Positions 40,301 to 54,600 of a stretch of 64,000 nt of DNA are shown here, in pieces. This stretch comes from Proteromonas lacertae (lineage: Eukaryota): assembly GCA_002245135.1 (NCBI GenBank), contig NGBS01001161.1, positions 124,001 to 188,000 of the forward strand, in the 5' to 3' direction. The notes below the pieces were generated by a model that made no database searches, was not told the origin of the DNA, and saw only the letters and a program-made list of their open reading frames with translations. Numbering within the stretch: position 1 is the first letter of the stretch; each line of letters opens with the position of its first letter. The position numbers and the translations under genes are program-made.

Positions 40301-43300
40301 ATGGGAGAAACTGGTGTAGGTAAATCTGTCATTGTTCAAGATTTATTAAATGAATTGAATTTAGATGATAATTGGTGTAGTGATGTAGTTAACTTCTCAG
40401 CTCAAACATCTAGTCACAATTTACAAGAAGTGTTTGAAACTAAATTAGAAAAGAAGAGAAAGACATTATTAGGACCTCCAGGTAGTAAGAAGATGGTTAT
40501 ATTTATTGATGATTTGAATATGCCTCAATTAGATACTTATGGAGCTCAACCACCTTGTGAATTATTAAGACAAGTATTAGATATGAAGGGATTGTATGAT
40601 TTAAAGAAATTGTTCTTTAAGAATATCTCAGGTGTATCATTTGTTTCTGCTTGTGCACCTCCTGGTGGTGGTAGAAATAAAGTAACTAACAGATTAATCC
40701 GTCATTTCCATATGATTTGGTTTACTCAATTATCAGAAACATCTATGCATAAGATATTCCAATCAATATTTGAAGGATTCTTAAATGCACAAATGCCTGA
40801 TTATGTCAGTGTAGCTGAGCCAATTGTCAATGCATCAATACAAATATATCAACAAGTACAACGAGAGATGCTTCCAACTCCATCTAAATCACATTATACA
40901 TTCAATCTTCGTGATTTATCTAAAGTATTCCAAGGTATGTTGATGATAGATGGAAAATTACCAGAAGTTGATGCATTAAAGAGATTATGGATTCATGAAG
41001 AGTCAAGAGTATTTAGAGATCGATTAACTAATGATAAAGATAGATCACAATTTGATTATATGTTATCACACATGTTAAAGAGTCAATTAGACACAGATTG
41101 GAAACCTGACAGTTTCAATCAAATATTATTTGGTAATTATTTAGAACCAGAAGAAAAACCTTATCAGGAAATTACTATATTCTCTGATTTACCAATGTTA
41201 ATGACTGATTATTTAGAAGAATATAATATTAATCATAGTAATCAAATGCATTTAGTATTCTTCACTGATGCTATTATTCATTTGTCAAGAGTCTGTCGTA
41301 TATTATGTCAACCAAGAGGTAATGCTTTGTTAGTTGGTGTAGGTGGTAGTGGTAGAAAATCATTGACAAGATTAGCTGGTGAAATCTGTGGTTATCAGTG
41401 TTTTACAGTAGAGATTACTAGAACATATGGTGCAGCTGAATGGCATGAAGATATTAAGAAAGCATTAATGACAGCTGGTACTAAGAATAAACCAGTAGTA
41501 TTCTTATTCAGTGATACACAGATTGTATTAGAATCATTCTTAGAAGATATTAATAACTTATTGAATTCAGGTGATGTTCCAAATCTATATGAAGTAGATG
41601 AAATGGAAAATATTGTGAATGAAGTAAGACCATTGGCTAAAGAAGCAGGTAAAGTAGAAACAAGAGATGTTATTATTGGACATTACATTCAATTAGTTCG
41701 AGAGAATTTACATATTGTGTTAACCTTCTCTCCAATTGGTGATTCATTTAGAAGTAGATGTCGTCAATTCCCATCATTAGTTAATACTTGTACAATTGAT
41801 TGGTATGATCCTTGGCCAGAAGAAGCTTTATTCAGTGTTGCTAATAGATTCTTAAGTCAAAATGATGATTTAGGCATTGGTAATGTTGTACAACAATTAT
41901 GTAAAGCTTGTGTGTATATTCATAAATCAGTAGAACAGAAAACAAAGGAATATTTAGAACAGTTAGGTAGACATAATTATACAACACCAACATCCTATTT
42001 AGAGTTGATATTGTTATACATTGAAGTACTTAGAAAACAAAGAGAATCAGTATCTGAAAAGATTAGTAGATATCAAGGTGGTTTGCAGAAATTACAAGAA
42101 ACTGAAGCTATGGTTGAAGGTTTACAACAAGATTTAACAGCTTTAAAACCAATTTTAGAAAAAGCATCTAAAGATACTGATGAATTGTTGAAACAACTAT
42201 CAGTAGATCAAAAAGTAGCAGATGAAGCTAAAGAGAGAGCTAAAAAAGAAGAAGCTGATTGTGCAGAAATGACTAAGAAAGTACAAGTAATGAAAGATGA
42301 ATGTCAATTAGATTTAGATGAAGCTATGCCTGCATATTATTCAGCTATTAAATCTTTAGATTCATTAGATAAAAAGCATTTACAAGAATTGAAATCATTC
42401 ACAAAACCACCAGAAAAGGTGCAAAAAGTCATGGAATCTGTCTGTATATTATTACAGAAGGATACTGATTGGGCAAGTGCTAAGAAACTGTTAGGTGAAT
42501 TTGATTTATTAGATCAATTGAAGAATTATGAAAAAGATACCAAGAATTACACCAAAGATGATGCAACAATTACAGAAATATGTTAAAGATCCATTATTAG
42601 AACCAAATGCAATGAAGGAAGTATCAATAGCAGCTACTAGTTTAACAATGTGGGTAAGAGCAATGGATGTTTATTACAGAGTTGCTAGAAATATTGCACC
42701 AAAGAGAGAAAAATTACAACAAGCTGAAAATGAATTAAATAAAGCTCAAACTCAATTACAAACAAAACAACAACAATTAGCTGTTATTGAAGGTAGAGTT
42801 AAAGAATTGAAGAATAGATATGAAATGTCATTACAAAAGAAAGATGATTTAGAAAATCAAAGTGCACAGACTCAAGCTCGATTGATCAGAGCAGAGAAAT
42901 TGATTGGTGGTTTAGGTGATGAAAAAGGAAGATGGAAACAATCATTAGTTGATTTATCAGGTGATATGGATAATTTGATAGGTAATATTATGTTAGCAGC
43001 TGGTTGTATTGCATATTCAGGTCCATTTACTGCTGAATTTAGAAATGATATGGCTAAAGATTGGATACAGAAATGTATAAGATTGAATCTACCAGTTGAT
43101 CCATTATTTACCACATCAAGAATCTTAGGTGATCCTGTCAAGATAAGAGAATGGAATATTTGGGGTTTACCTGCTGATGATTTCAGTACAGAGAATGGTA
43201 TATTTGCAGCAATGGCTAGAAGATGGCCATTAATGATCGATCCACAATCTCAAGCTAATCGATGGATAAAGAATATGGAAAATGATAAGAAATTACAAAT

Positions 43301-46300
43301 AATGAAATTAGGTGATAGTGGATTTGTAAGGACATTAGAAAATTCAATTAGATTAGGTTTCCCAGCATTAATTGAGAATGTAGAAGAAGAATTAGATCCA
43401 GTATTAGAACCAGTATTATTGAAACAAATATTCAAGAAAGGCGGACAATGGTTATTACATTTAGGTGATTCTGATATTCCCTACAGTAATGATTTCAAAT
43501 TATATATTACAACTAAACTATCAAATCCACATTACATGCCTGAAGTATGTATTAAAGTCACTATTATTAACTTCACTGTCACAATGAAAGGTTTAGAAGA
43601 TCAATTGTTAGTAGATGTTGTAAGAGAAGAACGTCCTGATTTAGAAGAGAAGAAAGATCAATTGATTGTCTCAATATCTAATGATAAAAAACAATTAAAA
43701 GGTATTGAAGATAAGATTTTAGATATGTTAAAGAATTCAACAGGTAATATATTAGATGATGAAGAATTGATTGATAATTTAGGTCAATCAAAGACAACCA
43801 GTCAAGCAATATCTCAGCGTATGGCTGAAGCTGAATCAACAACAAAGGAAATTAATGAAACAAGAGAATTATATAGACCAGTAGCAACTAGAGGTTCAAT
43901 ATTATATTTCGTCTTAACTGATATGGCTAATGTAGATCCTATGTACCAATACAGTTTACAGTATTTCACAAAGTTGTATGTGAAGAGAATTCAAATGAGT
44001 GAGAAATCGGATGAATTAGAGACAAGATTACAGATATTAATTGATGATATTACCTATAATATATTCTTAAATATTAGTAGAGGTTTGTTTGAAAAAGATA
44101 AGTTATTATTCTCATTCTTAATTGGTATGAAGATATTATTATATAATAAGAAAGTATCTGACGCTGAATGGATGTATTTTGTGTTAGGTTGTGAAATTAA
44201 AGAAACTACACCAATACCAACACATTTAGATTGGGTAAATCAAAGAATATGGTGTAATATACAATATTTAAGTCAATTTGAAGCATTTAAAGAATTGCCA
44301 GATCAAATCACAAACCATCCACATGCTTGGCTTGAGTATTTTCAAAATAAATCACCTCATACTGCCAAATTACCAAAACCATTTGAAAAGAAATTAACAA
44401 ATTTCCAAAAGATGTTAGTATTAAAAGCTTTACATCCTGAAAAGATCATATTTGCAACAGGTGAATTTGTAGAAAAAGAAATGGGTAAAAAATATAGAGA
44501 AACACCACCATTAAATCTAGAAGAAGCTTGGACAGATTCAGCCAAAGACACTCCGCTTATATTCGTATTATCTCCAGGTGCAGATCCAATAGATTATCTA
44601 TTAAAATTAGCAAAAGAAAAGAAGAAAGATACTGGCATGAAGATTATATCATTAGGTCAAGGACAAGGTAAAATAGCAGAACAATTGATGGAAGTAGCAA
44701 GAGAAGCAGGTGATTGGATATGTTTACAAAACTGTCATTTATCTATCAGTTGGTTACCACAATTAGAAAAGATATTAGAAACTTATAATTCGGTTTCTGA
44801 GTTAGAGAAAACACATGATCAATTTAGATTATGGTTAACTTCAATGCCTTCACCTAAATTCCCTGTAGCTATCTTACAAAGTGGTATTAAAATGACACAA
44901 GAACCACCCAAAGGATTAAGAGCCAATATTCAAAGAACATTTTATGATATTAATGAAAAAGAATATGAAAGTTGTACAAAACCAAGAGAGTATAAGAAAC
45001 TATTGTTTGGTTTAGCATTTTATCATGCTATTTGTCTAGAAAGACGTAAATTTGGTGCTATTGGATGGAATATTCCATATGGTTGGATGAATTCTGATTT
45101 AAAGACTGGTATGATGCAAGTAAAGATGTATTTAGAAGAACAACCTGATGTACCTTATGAAACATTGAATGCTGTAGTTGGTGATATTTCATATGGTGGA
45201 AGAGTAACAGATGCTTGGGATAAACGAACTAATATTTGTATATTGAGAAAATATTTCACACCAGAAATAATGGATGATGAATATAAGTTTAGTGAAAGCG
45301 GTGTATATTATGCACCACCAGAAGGTGATATTAGTAGTGTTCGATCTTATATTGAAAGTTTTCCTGTTATTGATAATCCAGAGACATTTGGTTTACATGA
45401 AAATGCTGATATTACATTCCAAGAAAAAGAAACAAAGACATTGTTAGAAAGTATTGTTTCAATATTGCCAAGAAGTGGTGGTAGTGGAGGTAGTGATGGT
45501 AAATCACAAGATGAAACAGCCTTAGAATTAGCAATTAACATTGAAAGTAATTTACCAGAACCATTTAAGAAAGATGACGCAAATCCACAGACATTTGAAA
45601 CCATTGCTGATGGTACAGTCAATTCATTAGGTGTATTTTGTGAACAAGAGATGGTAAGATTTAATAAACTAACAGCAGTAATGAAAGAAAGTTTAGCAAC
45701 ACTACAGAAAGCTATTAAAGGTATTGTAGTTATGTCAAGTCAATTAGAAGATGTTTATAATTGTTTCTTATTTAAGAAAGTTCCACAACAGTGGGAAAAT
45801 GCTGGTTATCCATCTTTGAAACCATTAGGTAGTTGGATTCAAGATTTATATGCTCGTTTAGCGTTTATTAAACAATGGTTAGTAGAAGGTCCAAGAATAT
45901 CCTATTGGATAAGTGGCTTCTTCTTCCCACAAGGTTTTATAACTGGTATGTTACAAGTACATAGTAGAAAAACACATATTGCAATTGATACATTGAAGAT
46001 TATGACCTTAGTAAAGAGAGAAACACCTGAAGAGATGACAGAAGCACCACAGAATGGTGTTTATATTCATGGTTTATATATGCAAGGTGCTAGATGGAAT
46101 AAAGATACAGATTTGATGGATGAATGTGAACCTGGTGTTTTGTTTGATTATTTACCTTGTATTCATTTAGAACCAGTTGAAGAAAAGGATTATAGGAATG
46201 ATAATACTTACAATTGTCCTGTTTATAAGACATCAGTTAGAGCTGGTACATTATCAACAACTGGTCATAGTACAAACTTTATATTGCCATTAGATTTAAA

Positions 46301-46367
46301 AACAACACAAACTCAAGATCATTGGGTTAGAAGAGGTGTTGCTTTATTATGTCAATTGGATGATTAA
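34308..46367 (+). CDS. DNAH6: Axonemal single-headed inner-arm dynein heavy chain, DNAH6-like
   Basis: P-loops GPAGTGKT, GEAGCGKT, GETGVGKS, GVGGSGRKS; DYKIMGRFFSGLAQ; C-terminus RAGTLSTTGHSTNF..WVRRGVALLCQLDD; ORFs joined by a +1 shift near 42545; start at 34308 is tentative (ORF track start 34502). Confidence 0.9.
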
Positions 46368-46776
46368 GAATTTTAAATTTAAATTATTAATATTTTTATT
46401 TTATTGTTTATTATAGTAGTATTGTTTGTTTCATTTTGAGTTGTTAAAATAATATATAAGGTTGAATAACCAAATTCATACAAAAAAAAGTAAAGTACTC
46501 TGAGAAACCTACATAAATTAATCACATAATCTTAATGGATATATAATACTCTCCATATATGCAGTATATCGAGAATAGAATAACAAAAAAGAAACTTGGT
46601 GCGAAAAAACTACACATGTGGAGCTTATTATATACTTAATATTCTATTTAATTACGCCCTGAGGCTTATTTATATATAGAATTCATAATTAATTCAGAAC
46701 GAAATTGAATTGGATTTTATTTTTAGAATCTGTTTTTGATGTATGGCTTATGATTATTTTGCATGATATAGAAAAC

Positions 46777-48116
46777 ATGAGTTCAACTGCTGGTCAGACT
46801 CTTCCAAATGCTACTACAGGCTCTAGTACCATTTACAGAATAATCAACTGTAGATTAGTGATGGATCATAAAGTATTTATTCTCATTAATTATAATTTTA
46901 GTTTGTAAAAAAAGATTTGTGGTATAGCAATGGTAAAATTATTAATGAACAAGATTTCTTCTTCAAAGCTTCAAAAGACCCAAAGATTTATCAAGATGTA
47001 TTACAAGAATTTATATAATTCTGATAGATAACAGAAATTGATGCTGAAGGAGGTATAGTTTGCGCTGGCTTTATTGATATTCAAATCAATGGTTGCTTTG
47101 GTGTAGATTGGGCAGATCCAGAATTGACAGAAGAAGCATATCAACAATCAGTTCATCACTTATTTGAACATGGTTGTACAGCATTATGTCCAACAATGGT
47201 TACTTCAGCCACAACCACATACGAAAAAGTATTACCCATATTACGTCCACGTCAAGGTACACCAGAATGGGGTCCAAACATTTTGGGTGCTCATGTAGAA
47301 GGTCCATTCATGAATCCAAAGCAAAAAGGTGCTCATAATCCAAATTTATTGAGAGAACCAGAAGAAGGTATTAAAACTGTTCATGCTATGTATGGAAGTG
47401 GAATAAAGAATGTTAAATGGATTACAATGGCTCCTGAGTTAAAAGGTGCTCAATTAGCCATTCCAGAATTAAGAAAATTAGGAATTTTAGTTTCCTGTGG
47501 TCATACTGATGCTAGAATCAAGGATATGGAAGATGCTATGGATAATGGTGCTTCCTTGATTACTCACTTATTTAATGCTATGACAGCTTTCCATCATAGA
47601 GATCCTGGTGTTATTGGTGCATTAGGATTTGAACCAGAAAAGAAAAAGAAAGTTCATTATGGTATTATTGTTGATGGTATTCACAGCCATCCACATTCAG
47701 TAAATATTGCATATCATACACATCCAGAAGGTTTAGTATTAGTTACTGATGCTTTAGCTAATATGGGCATGCCAGTAGGTCATGAGTGTAAATTAGGTCC
47801 AAATATTGTACAAGTTGTTCCAAATGTTGGTGGTATTATTCCAAATACCAATAAAGCTGTTGTAAAAGGAACGGATACATTAGGTGGATCTATTGTCTCG
47901 ATTATTGAATGTGTTAGAAATTTGATTTCTTTTACATCATGTGACCCTGCTATTGCTTTAGAATGTGCTTCACTTCATCCTGCTATTGCTATGGAAGTTT
48001 CTAATAGAAAAGGAAGCTTAAAACCAGGAATGGACGCTGATTTTGTTATTTTGACTAAGGACTTATATGTTAAACAAACATGGATTGATGGTAAATTGGC
48101 ATACAAACAGAACTAG
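46777..48116 (+). CDS. AMDHD2: N-acetylglucosamine-6-phosphate deacetylase (NagA/AMDHD2)
   Basis: AGFIDIQING, GAHVEGPF, KGAH, TMAPE, THLFNAM, HHRDPG, DGIH, LVTDA, DADFV; two short introns in the 5' part. Confidence 0.95.
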
Positions 48117-48645
48117 ATTATTATTAAGTCATTAACTGTTATAGATTCTAAAAATGAATTAAATATGCTTTTTCTTCTTATATATAAAATGTATGTGTTT
48201 TGTAAAGGTTTAAAAACAATGTTTTTTTCTAGTAATTCTACTATAATGTTTTAGTTAAGAATTTAGAAAAATGAAAAGTATAAACTTAATAAAAGATGTA
48301 TATGTTTTAGTTTCGTTTGTTAATAATTAGTTATAAATATAAATCCTGTCTATTATTCTTATTCTTTATTAATCATGAATAAACATTATTGAAACAACAA
48401 CCTTATACGATTATTTTCATACTTAAAGTGAAATGTTCTGCTGAAATGGTGGAATTATATCACTTGTGTTAATATACGAAAATAAGAATGTTAATGAACA
48501 TATATAAAACAATATGCATGCGAAATATTTATTATAATACGATTTCATAAAATACACTATTATATTACACAGTATGATGTTAGAATAAAACGCTCATTTT
48601 ATTAAAGATTGTAACGGACAAAAATATTGATTTAATGAAACGAAA

Positions 48646-51600
48646 ATGGTAATGTTTAAAAAATCTGCGTTATCTATAATAATTTTTATATTCACTCTTC
48701 ATGTAACATTATGCGCGAACATAACAAGAATATTTATGCATGAAGATAACCTACCAAGTCAAGTTGATAATATTATCTCGTTTGTGGAGAAAAAATACAA
48801 TATAGAGTTTATAGATGCGCCTGTGCATGATGTTACAAAAGCGACTTTGACAAAACAGATAAAAGCAGTAAGTGATGTTGGTAATGACACTATTTTCGCT
48901 TGGCTGCCTACTGTAAACGTCACATTATTGAATGAAATTGCCAAAAAATATAATGTGTTCGTTTGGAATGCTGTAGCATATCCTAATCAAGTTTGTTTGT
49001 CAAACGTAGTGCTTGGCTATGATATTGTTGCTTCAGCTCTTTTTAGTATATATTATATTTATATATTTTCAATGAATAGCAATTACAAGAAAGATAGACA
49101 AAATCGCATATGCTTCAGTATTATATGATGGTACAAACGAATATCAGAAGAGTTTTGTTGAAACTCTAAAGACTGTATTTAAATTTTTAAGAATAAAAAA
49201 TCCTATGTATTATGATAAATATACAACAAATATTATACCTGATGTATATAAAGCTGCAAATGATAATAATAAGAAATACGTTTTATATAGTTTATATTCT
49301 GAAAAAGTAATTAATGATTGGGCAAGTACAAGTCCTGCTGGAGAAGTTTATAAAGATAAAATCACATTAGTAAATTTGCCATTTAATGATCGTACAATAT
49401 TATATGGTAATGCTAAAAAAGAAGGTTCATTTTATCAATCTGAAAATACACAAATACCTGATGATTTTATTACTGCAATAAATACAGCATTGGCTACTAC
49501 TCTAGCTAATGCTGATTTCAGTCAAGAATCAATAATATTATTTGAATTTGTATCATTGTACTACACAATTGGTAAAGAATATTTTGAAGGCAATTATGAT
49601 AGTGGAAGTGATATTTTATTTAAAATATATGATGAAGATTACTATGAAGTCTACGGATTTAAATTTACTATTAATTTTGGCAATAGATTAATCTCTCCCA
49701 TTGAATCAGGAAGTTTTGATAGTACAAATGATATTGCTGATGTTGCTAAATTCCAAATGTCAACATTTGCTACTTATACTACAGTTGATGGATTACCAAA
49801 AGAGCAAATATGTAACCTACAAGTTAGTAAAGATTGGAGTAAACCTACTGTATATTATATTGCATTATTAACATATCAATATGGTATATATGGTAATGAA
49901 TATGCATCCTATGAGGTAGGAATAATTGATGCATTTAATGGAGCTATTAATAGAATTAATAAAGATGTATATATATATTAACATATTATATATTTATTAG
50001 AAACCAGTGTTAGGCACAGAAATTATACCAATATATGTTGATTTAACAGTAAATACAAGTCAAGTAGTTGAAGAATATCTTGATTTCCATAATAGATTCG
50101 ATATATTAGCCACATTTACAACAGCAGAAGTAGATGATATGAATAATTTCTTAACTGGAATAGGTAATCATGGAATTAATATATTATTAATTCATATCAT
50201 ACCAGAACCAGGTAACAGTTGTAGAAAAGATATTGTCTCAGGTCCAAGTGTCTATTCAATGTGGAAATTTGGTGTAAAAGAAATGTCTTTAAAAACACCA
50301 ACTAGTAGATTAATTATTATATCAGGTTTAACTCCATTTTCAATTAGTGCTGTTGATACAGTGTTGAGTATCACAAGTGATTCTGGATTATTTAATTATA
50401 TATATAATTATACTATGCAAGATGCTATTCGTGAACAAGCTGTAAATGCTTGTAATGCAATTTCATCGAAATGTGCATCAGAAAATGATATACCAAGTGG
50501 ATGTGTAGTTGTGAATTTACTGAATAGAAATTATCAAAATATATTCTTTAAGGTATATAAAGAAAATAATTTTGATCCTGATACTTATCCAGTAGTTACA
50601 TTTACATTAGATGAAGATATAATGGGAGATGATTGGACTAATGTATAATATATATTATATATTATTATTTATATTTATTTTGTATAGTATGATAAACAAT
50701 ATATTATCAGTTATTATATTGATGCTATAAATACAGAAGATGCTCAGAAATTTAGAGAAGATACTAATAATTCATCATCTACAGATATAAAATATTTTAC
50801 ATCCAATATGGCTGTAGCTTATTCAAGTATAGAAATATTTACAAATACAATTGAAATTGCAAGAGCTGTAGATAAAGATACAATTACTAAAATGATTGTT
50901 TATGCTCAAAGTGTTCAAGGTCCAGGTGGTAGTATAGAATGGAATGATCAAGGATATATTAATAGTCAATTACACTTGGGTAGAATTAATTCAACATCTA
51001 AAACTATAACAACAGAAATAGATTCATTGTATATTCAAGCTACTAATGCTTTCACTGATATAAGAATGAAATGTGATTGGTTGAATGGTATAACTAATAT
51101 ATATGATTATTACCAAACTGTTTTTTTGTATGTAACTGATGATTATTTTGCTGATTATTTAGATGATTATACTGATTATGCCAATATAATGGTGGATAAT
51201 TTCAATCAAGATGGAGGTATAAATGGTAGATTATTGCAGATGGTAATGAAAATATTTAATAGTATAGAAGAAATGGTTGATTATGTAACAGAAAGTGTAA
51301 ATAATGAGAATATTTTGGCATACTTTGGTACTAATACAAATGAACAAAGAGATGCTTTAGATGATATATTAGTGAAAGGTGAGAACTTGTTATTCAGTAT
51401 ACATCCAAGTGAAGGTGATAGTTGTTATCAGAATATTATTTTAGTTGGAAGATTTCCTAATCATTATGCCTCAGATGCTGCAATCAGTGCATATAAACGA
51501 TCTAGAAAAGGTGTAGTAGTATCTGTAAATCATACGTATTATATTATTGTTATTATTATATGAAATAGTTTTGCAATTAAAGTTGCTGATGCTTTCTATC

Positions 51601-54600
51601 AAACAGGTTGTACACTTAGAGATATGAACTTTACAAAAATTATTTCAGATAATATAACAGATATTATATTACAATTACAAGATTTGAAAGAAGATGATCA
51701 AATGTTAAATGTTTTCCCAGTATTAGGAGAAAAAGTAAATGAATTATTTAGGCAAATGAAATATTACAACATGACTCCTGATCTTTATCCATCTTTTTCA
51801 TTTGATACAACTAGATCCAGTATTACAGATATTGATATATGGGCTGGACGTAATTTTTATACTTCTTATACGCCAATAATACAGAATGAAGAGAATGATA
51901 TATTAGTTAAAACATTTGATACAGCCTTTGGTAATAGTGATGAATTATTAAATGAAGATACAATATGTTTATATAATTCATTTTCCTTTTTAAAATCAGC
52001 TTATGAACAAGCTAGTAATTATGATATTGAAGAGATCAAAAGACAATTGAATCAATTATCATTATCATTACCAATGGGAACAATGAAATTATCTGAAGAA
52101 ATGGTTCTTTCAAATATGTATAACTTTATACAAGTTAGAGCTGATGGATCATTTGCTAGATTAGGTGGAAGTGTATCTCCATTGACATTATCACCATTTT
52201 TAACATATGTATTTATATATATTTATATATTTATATATTTATCTATAGAGAACTGATGGAAAGAATCCTACTTGTCAATATGTTTCAAATTCAGACAATT
52301 ACTTGACGATTAATGTTGTTATAAATCCAGATGAAGAAAATGTCTTTTCTGTAATGAATATGTATATGATTAATAATAACAATTTGGATATTCGTTTGAA
52401 ATTAATGAAATATTATTGTGATGATGTAAATGCTACAAAATTTGAAGGAGAAGTTGCTATAACATCATGCAGCACTGAAATACAGACAAAGATGGTTGAT
52501 GATAATGATGAATTAATTTTATTCTCAATCATTAATAAAGACGAAGATATTTGTGATAATAGAATAATTAATCTAGGAACATATCCAAGTCAACGTATTA
52601 TACCATTCATTGCATATTTTGATTTATATTTCCAATCAAATATGATGGTTATTGTTGGTTTAAATTTTGAAGGAACTGTTGAAGAAGCTTTATTGAATGA
52701 TACAATTGTAAGTATGGGAGGATATTTATCCGGATTCTTAAGAGTAAATGAATCTAATGTAAATGAAACAAAAACTGCAATTGATAACTTTATATCTTCT
52801 TTTAAGTTAATAGCACCAGAAGGTGGAGTTATTATCAATCATTTAACAAATGTAGAATGTCATAAATATGTTTTTGAAGTATATGAGAGTATAATGAAAA
52901 CAGAATATGGTACTGTATATAATGCATCACATTCGTATAGAATAGTAACATGGGATAAAGAAATATTTACCACATTACCTGCTACAATGAGAGCTGGTCA
53001 TGCTGTTTATGCAAGTACACATTCTAATGAATACACTGCTCCAAATATTTACATATTGGGTATAAGCTTATTAGGTGAAGGATATTTAATGCCTCGTACT
53101 GAATCAAGATCAATTATTGCATATGAAATATTAGTCGAACAGTATATTGCTACTCAATCATTTACAAAAGATAAAATATATGAATATGTGAATAATAATC
53201 CATTGACTACATCATTTGGTGTAGTAAAGATATCGGCAGATGATACAACAATTGCATTTCCTATTACGTTATTAGCAGCTGATGAAAATGGTGTATTAGA
53301 TGTAGAACAAGTATTAACACAAGAATGGCCAGGTGAGAGTTTTAGACATCAATTTAATATTGTCAATTACACAATTTGTTCAAAAAAAGAAAATAGGAAA
53401 TATCAATATAAGTCATTTCCTGTAATTATTGTTCTGTCATATAATGGTGCATATAGTTTATTGTCTAAACCAATAGTTAATGGATATTTAGGAGCAATTG
53501 ATTTTATCAATTCTCAAGGTGGAATGAAAGGAGGAAGAATGATTACAGCTCAAATGATTAATGTAGATAATAGTGTAGATATAGTAAGAGAAGTATTAGA
53601 TAAAGCTGTAAATGAAACTCATACTAGAATCATATTAGGATTTTTACATTCTGGCACAAGAACTGGTGGTTTAGAACAACTTAGAGATAATGATTTATTG
53701 TTAATGTATCCATGGAGTTATGAAGGTTATGAATGTAGTGAAAATATTATTTATATGAATGCACCATTCACAGAATATACACCTGTTTTGTCATATATAT
53801 ATAGAAGTTTAAGTAATAAAATATTTATATTATACACTGATAATGAAAGAGGTACTTTAACATCCAAAATAGCTCAAGATGAATTTGAAAAGAGAGGTAT
53901 AAATGTAGTTAGAAGTTTAAGAATTCCTATTACACAATATCAAATGAGTATTATATTAAGTATTATAGTAAATGAAATGAAAGCTGGTGTAATTTTATCA
54001 TTGTTGGAAATGCAACCATCATTAGATTTCTTGACTGAATTGAAGAATAATGATTATGATTCATCAACATATCAAGTTGTTTCATTCAATATAGATTTAG
54101 AACAAATCTATGATCAAAATACTTTTAGAATATTTGATGGTCATTATTTTGTAAATGGTTTAGTAAAAGCTTTATTTAAACATTTAGACATATTTGATTT
54201 AGCTGAAAGTAAATATTCATTTGTTAAACAAGGAGTATTAGGTAATGCTGTATTATCTATATTAGCATTGAAGAAAGCTGTTGATAATGTAAATTTAACA
54301 GAAGAAACTGAAGAAAACCCAATTCCCTACACTTTTGAAGATTTGTTGTATAATTTACATAATGTAAATTTGAGTGGAATAATGGATGATGTCACAATTA
54401 ACAGTAATAATCAATTCTCTTTGTATTTCAATTTATTAAGAATTCGTTATAATGATTCAACTGAAACATTCAATCCTGAGGTAGTGTTTAATATTAGAAA
54501 AAAGAGCAATGTAAATCCATATGCGACTCAATATAATAATAATGGAAATATGTATTATTGTGAATTTGGTAAAAATGCTACAGTAAGAGGTGAAAAATTA

